Source: Ranitomeya imitator
Taxonomy: Eukaryota
Direction: 5' to 3'
Length of the DNA: 64,000 nucleotides
Assembly (NCBI RefSeq): GCF_032444005.1
Contig: NC_091288.1
Span: 212,536,001 to 212,600,000, forward strand
Positions within the stretch are counted from its first letter, which is position 1. The number at the start of each line of letters is the position of its first letter. The notes below the pieces were generated by a model. That model was given only the letters and a program-made list of their open reading frames with translations, was not told the DNA's origin and ran no database searches. The position numbers and the translations under genes were made by a program. This document shows positions 60,282 through 64,000 of this stretch, piece after piece.

Positions 60282-63200
60282 CTGAGGTGCTCAGTGTTTC
60301 CTCCATCATCACCCTCACTTGCTCACACTCAGTCCCTATGTTATCCCCTGAGGTGCTCAGTGTTTCGTCCATCCCCACCCTCACTTGCTCACAATCAGTC
60401 TCTGTTATCCCCTGAGGTGCTCAGTGTTTCCTCCATCACCACCCTCACTTGCTCACACTCAGTCTCTATGTTATCCCCTGAGGTGCTCAGTGTTTCCGCC
60501 ATCACCACCCTCACATGCTCACACTCAGTCTCCATGTTATCCCCTGAGGTGCTTAGTGTTTCCTCCATCACCACCCTCACTTGCTCACACTCAGTCTCTA
60601 TGTTATCCCCTGAGGTGCTCAGTGTTTCCTCCATCACCACCCTCACTTGCTCGCAATCAGTCCCTATGTTATCCCCTGAGGTGCTCAGTGTTTCCTCCAT
60701 CCCCACCCTCACTTGCTCACAATCAGTCTCTGTTATCCCCTGAGGTGCTCAGTGTTTCCTCCATCACCACCCTCACTTGCTCACACTCAGTCTCTATGTT
60801 ATCCCCTGAGGTGCTCAGTGTTTCCGCCATCACCACCCTCACATGCTCACACTCAGTCTCCATGTTATCCCCTGAGGTGCTTAGTGTTTCCTCCATCACC
60901 ACCCTCACTTGCTCACACTCAGTCTCTATGTTATCCCCTGAGGTGCTCAGTGTTTCCTCCATCATCACCCTCACTTGCTCACACTCAGTCTCTATGTTAT
61001 CCCCTTAGGTGCTCAGTGTTTCCTCCATCCCCACCCTCACTTGCTCACAATCAGTCTCTGTTATCCCCTGAGGTGCTCAGTGTTTCCTCCATCACCACCC
61101 TCACTTGCTCACACTCAGTCTCTGTTATCCCCTGAGGTGCTCAGTGTTTCCTCCATCCCCACCCTCACTTGCTCACAATCAGTCTCTGTTATCCCCTGAG
61201 GTGCTCAGTGTTTCCTCCATCACCACCCTCACTTGCTCACACTCAGTCTCTATGTTATCCCCTGAGGTGCTCAGTGTTTCCGCCATCACCACCCTCACTT
61301 GCTCACACTTAGTCCCTATGTTATCCCCTGAGGTGCTCAGTGTTTCCTCCATCACCACCCTCACTTGCTCACACTCAGTATCTATGTTATCCCCTGAGGT
61401 GCTCAGTGTTTCCTCCATCACCACCCTCACTTGCTCACACTCAGTCCCTATGCTATCCCCTGAGGTGCTCAGTGTTTCCTCCATCACCACCCTCACTTGC
61501 TCACACTCAGTCCCTATGTTATCCCCTGAGGTGCTCAGTGTTTCCTCCATCACCACCCTCACTTGCTCACACTCAGTATCTATGTTATCCCCTGAGGTGC
61601 TCAGTGTTTCCTCCATCACCACCCTCACTTGCTCACACTCAGTCCCTATGCTATCCCCTGAGGTGCTCAGTGTTTCCTCCATCACCACCCTCACTTGCTC
61701 ACAATCAGTCTCTATGTTAACCCCTTAGGTGCTCAGTGTTTCCTCCATCACCACCCTCAATTGCTCACGCTCAGTCTCTATGTTATCCCCTGAGGTGCTC
61801 AGTGTTTCCTCCATCACCACCCTCACTTGCTCACACTCAGTCTCTATGTTATCCCCTGAGGTGCTCAGTGTTTCCTCCATCACCACCCTCACTTGCTCAC
61901 ACTCAGTCCCTATGTTGTCCCCTGAGGTGATCAGTGTTTCCTCCATCACCACCCTCACTTGCTCACACTCAGTCCCTATGTTATCCCCTGAGGTGCTCAG
62001 TGTTTCCTCTATCCCCACCCTCACTTGCTCACACTCAGTCCCTATGTTATCCCCTGAGGTGCTCAGTGTTTCCTCCATCACCACCCTCACTTGCTCACAC
62101 TCAGTCCCTATGTTATCCCCTGAGGTGCTCAGTGTTTCCTCCATCCCCACCCTCACTTGCTCACACTCAGTCTCCATGTTATCCCCTGAGGTGCGTAGTG
62201 TTTCCTCCATCACCACCCTCACTTGCTCACACTCAGTCTCTATGTTATCCCCTGAGGTGCTCAGTGTTTCCTCCATCATCACCCTCACTTGCTCACACTC
62301 AGTCTCTATGTTATCCCCTGAGGTGCTCAGTGTTTCCTCCATCACCAGCCTCACTTGCTCACACTCAGTCTCTATGTTATCCCCTGAGGTGCTCAGTGTT
62401 TCCTCTCTCACCACCCTCACTTGCTCACACTTAGTCCTTATGTTATCCCCTGAGGTGCTCAGTGTTTCCTCCATCACCACTATCACTTGCTCACACTCAG
62501 TCTCTATGTTATCCCCTGAGGGGCTCAGTGTTTCCTCCATCCCCACCCTCACTTGCTCACACTCAGTCTCTATGTTATCCCCTGAGGTGCTCTGTGTTTC
62601 CTCCATCGCCACCCTCACTTGCTCACACTTAGTCCCTATGTTATCCCCTGAGGTGATCAGTGTTTCCTCCATCCCCACCCTCACTTGCTCACACTCAGTC
62701 TCTATGTTATCCCCTGAGGTGCTCAGTGTTTCCTCCATCGCCACCCTCACTTGCTCACACTTAGTCCCTATGTTATCCCCTGAGGTGCTCAGTGTTTCCT
62801 CCATCACCACCCTCACTTGCTCACACTCAGTACCTATGTTATCCCCTGAGGTGCTCAGTGTTTCCTCCATCACCACCCTCACTTGCTCACACTCAGTCCC
62901 TATGCTATCCCCTGAGGTGCTCAGTGTTTCCTCCATCACCACCCTCACTTGCTCACACCCGGTCTCTATGTTATCCCCTGAGATGCTCAGTGTTTCCTCC
63001 ATCACCACCCTCACTTGCTCACACCCGGTCTCTATTTTATCCCCTGAGATGCTCAGTGTTTCCTCCATCACCACCCTCACTTGCTCACACTCAGTATCTA
63101 TGTTATCCCCTGAGGTGCTCAGTGTTTCCTCCATCACCACCCTCACTTGCTCACACTCAGTCCCTATGCTATCCCCTGAGGTGCTCAGTGTTTCCTCCAT

Positions 63201-64000
63201 CACCACCCTTACTTGCTCACAATCAGTCTCTATGTTATCCCCTGAGGTGCTCAGTGTTTCCTCCATCACCACCCTCACTTGCTCACAATCAGTCTCTATG
63301 TTATCCCCTGAGGTGCTCAGTGTTTCCTCCATCACCACCCTCACTTGCTCACAATCAGTCTCTATGTTATCCCCTGAGGTGCTCAGTGTTTCCTCCATCC
63401 CCACCCTCACTTGCTCACACTCAGTCTCTATGTCATCCCCTGAGGTGCTCAGTGTTTCCTCCATCCCCACCCTCACTTGCTCACACTCAGTCTCTATGTC
63501 ATCTCCTGAGGTGCTCAGTGTTTCCTCCATCCCCACCCTCACTTGCTCACACTCAGTCCCTATGCTATCCCCTGAGGTGCTCAGTGTTTCCTCCATCACC
63601 ACCCTCACTTGCTCACACTCAGTCCCTATGTTATCCCCTGAGGTGCCCAGTGTTTCCTCCATCCCCACCCTCACTTGTTCACAGTCAGTCCCTATGTTAT
63701 TCCCTGAGGTGCTCAGTATTTCCTCCATCACCACCCTCAGTTGCTCACACTCAGTCTCTATGTTATCCCCTGAGGTGCTCAGTGTTTCCTCCATCACCAC
63801 CCTCACTTGCTCACACTCAGTCTCTATGTTATCCCCTTAGGTGCTCAGTGTTTCCTCCATCCCCACCCTCACTTGCTCACACTCAGTCTCTATGTTATCC
63901 CCTGAGGTGCTCAGTGTTTCCTCCATCACCACCCTCAGTTGCTCACACTCAGTCTCTATGTTATCCCCTGAGGTGCTCAGTGTTTCCTCCATCACCACCC
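60282..64000. repeat. 66-bp minisatellite running off the right edge
   Basis: Unit GAGGTGCTCAGTGTTTCCTCCATCACCACCCTCACTTGCTCACACTCAGTCTCTATGTTATCCCCT; the unit is 22 codons long, which produces the spurious 693/703-aa ORFs. Confidence 0.96.

Noticed and set aside
61725-63840. 693-aa and 703-aa mucin-like repetitive ORFs on both strands
   Set aside because: The 66-bp unit is a multiple of 3, so frames stay open on both strands; no splice or domain support.
58860-64000. First coding exon of SMIM22
   Set aside because: I found no minus-strand segment encoding an SMIM22-like N-terminus with a phase-1 donor; it presumably lies beyond the window.

Overview
Eukaryotic (vertebrate) DNA, most likely an anuran frog; this is inferred from gene orthology plus TE and satellite content, and the species cannot be fixed from the sequence. 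The window holds a four-gene syntenic block equivalent to human 16p13.3. UBN1 (minus strand; 5' part, running off the left edge) is head-to-head with GLYR1/N-PAC (plus strand, 16 coding exons, 532 aa) across a shared CpG-rich promoter. ROGDI follows (plus strand, 11 coding exons, 288 aa), then the 3' exons of a SMIM22-like microprotein gene (minus strand). All exons were traced by hand with GT-AG junctions and matching phases. About half of the window is made up of more than a dozen tandem-repeat arrays, which explain nearly all long low-complexity ORFs in the track. Mobile DNA includes an L1-clade LINE with an intact 1255-aa ORF2, a Tc1 (DD34E) element interrupted by a MITE and itself inside a minisatellite, a PIF/Harbinger-type MITE and an L2 3' fragment. 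The most unusual structures are (1) an apparently perfect 1084-bp palindrome in UBN1 intron 1 whose two arms each start with a minimal type-I hammerhead-ribozyme-like motif (Penelope/retrozyme-like), and (2) a ROGDI minisatellite built from about 27 tandem copies of the exon 8 splice donor. No prokaryotic system, CRISPR array, rRNA or tRNA is supported.
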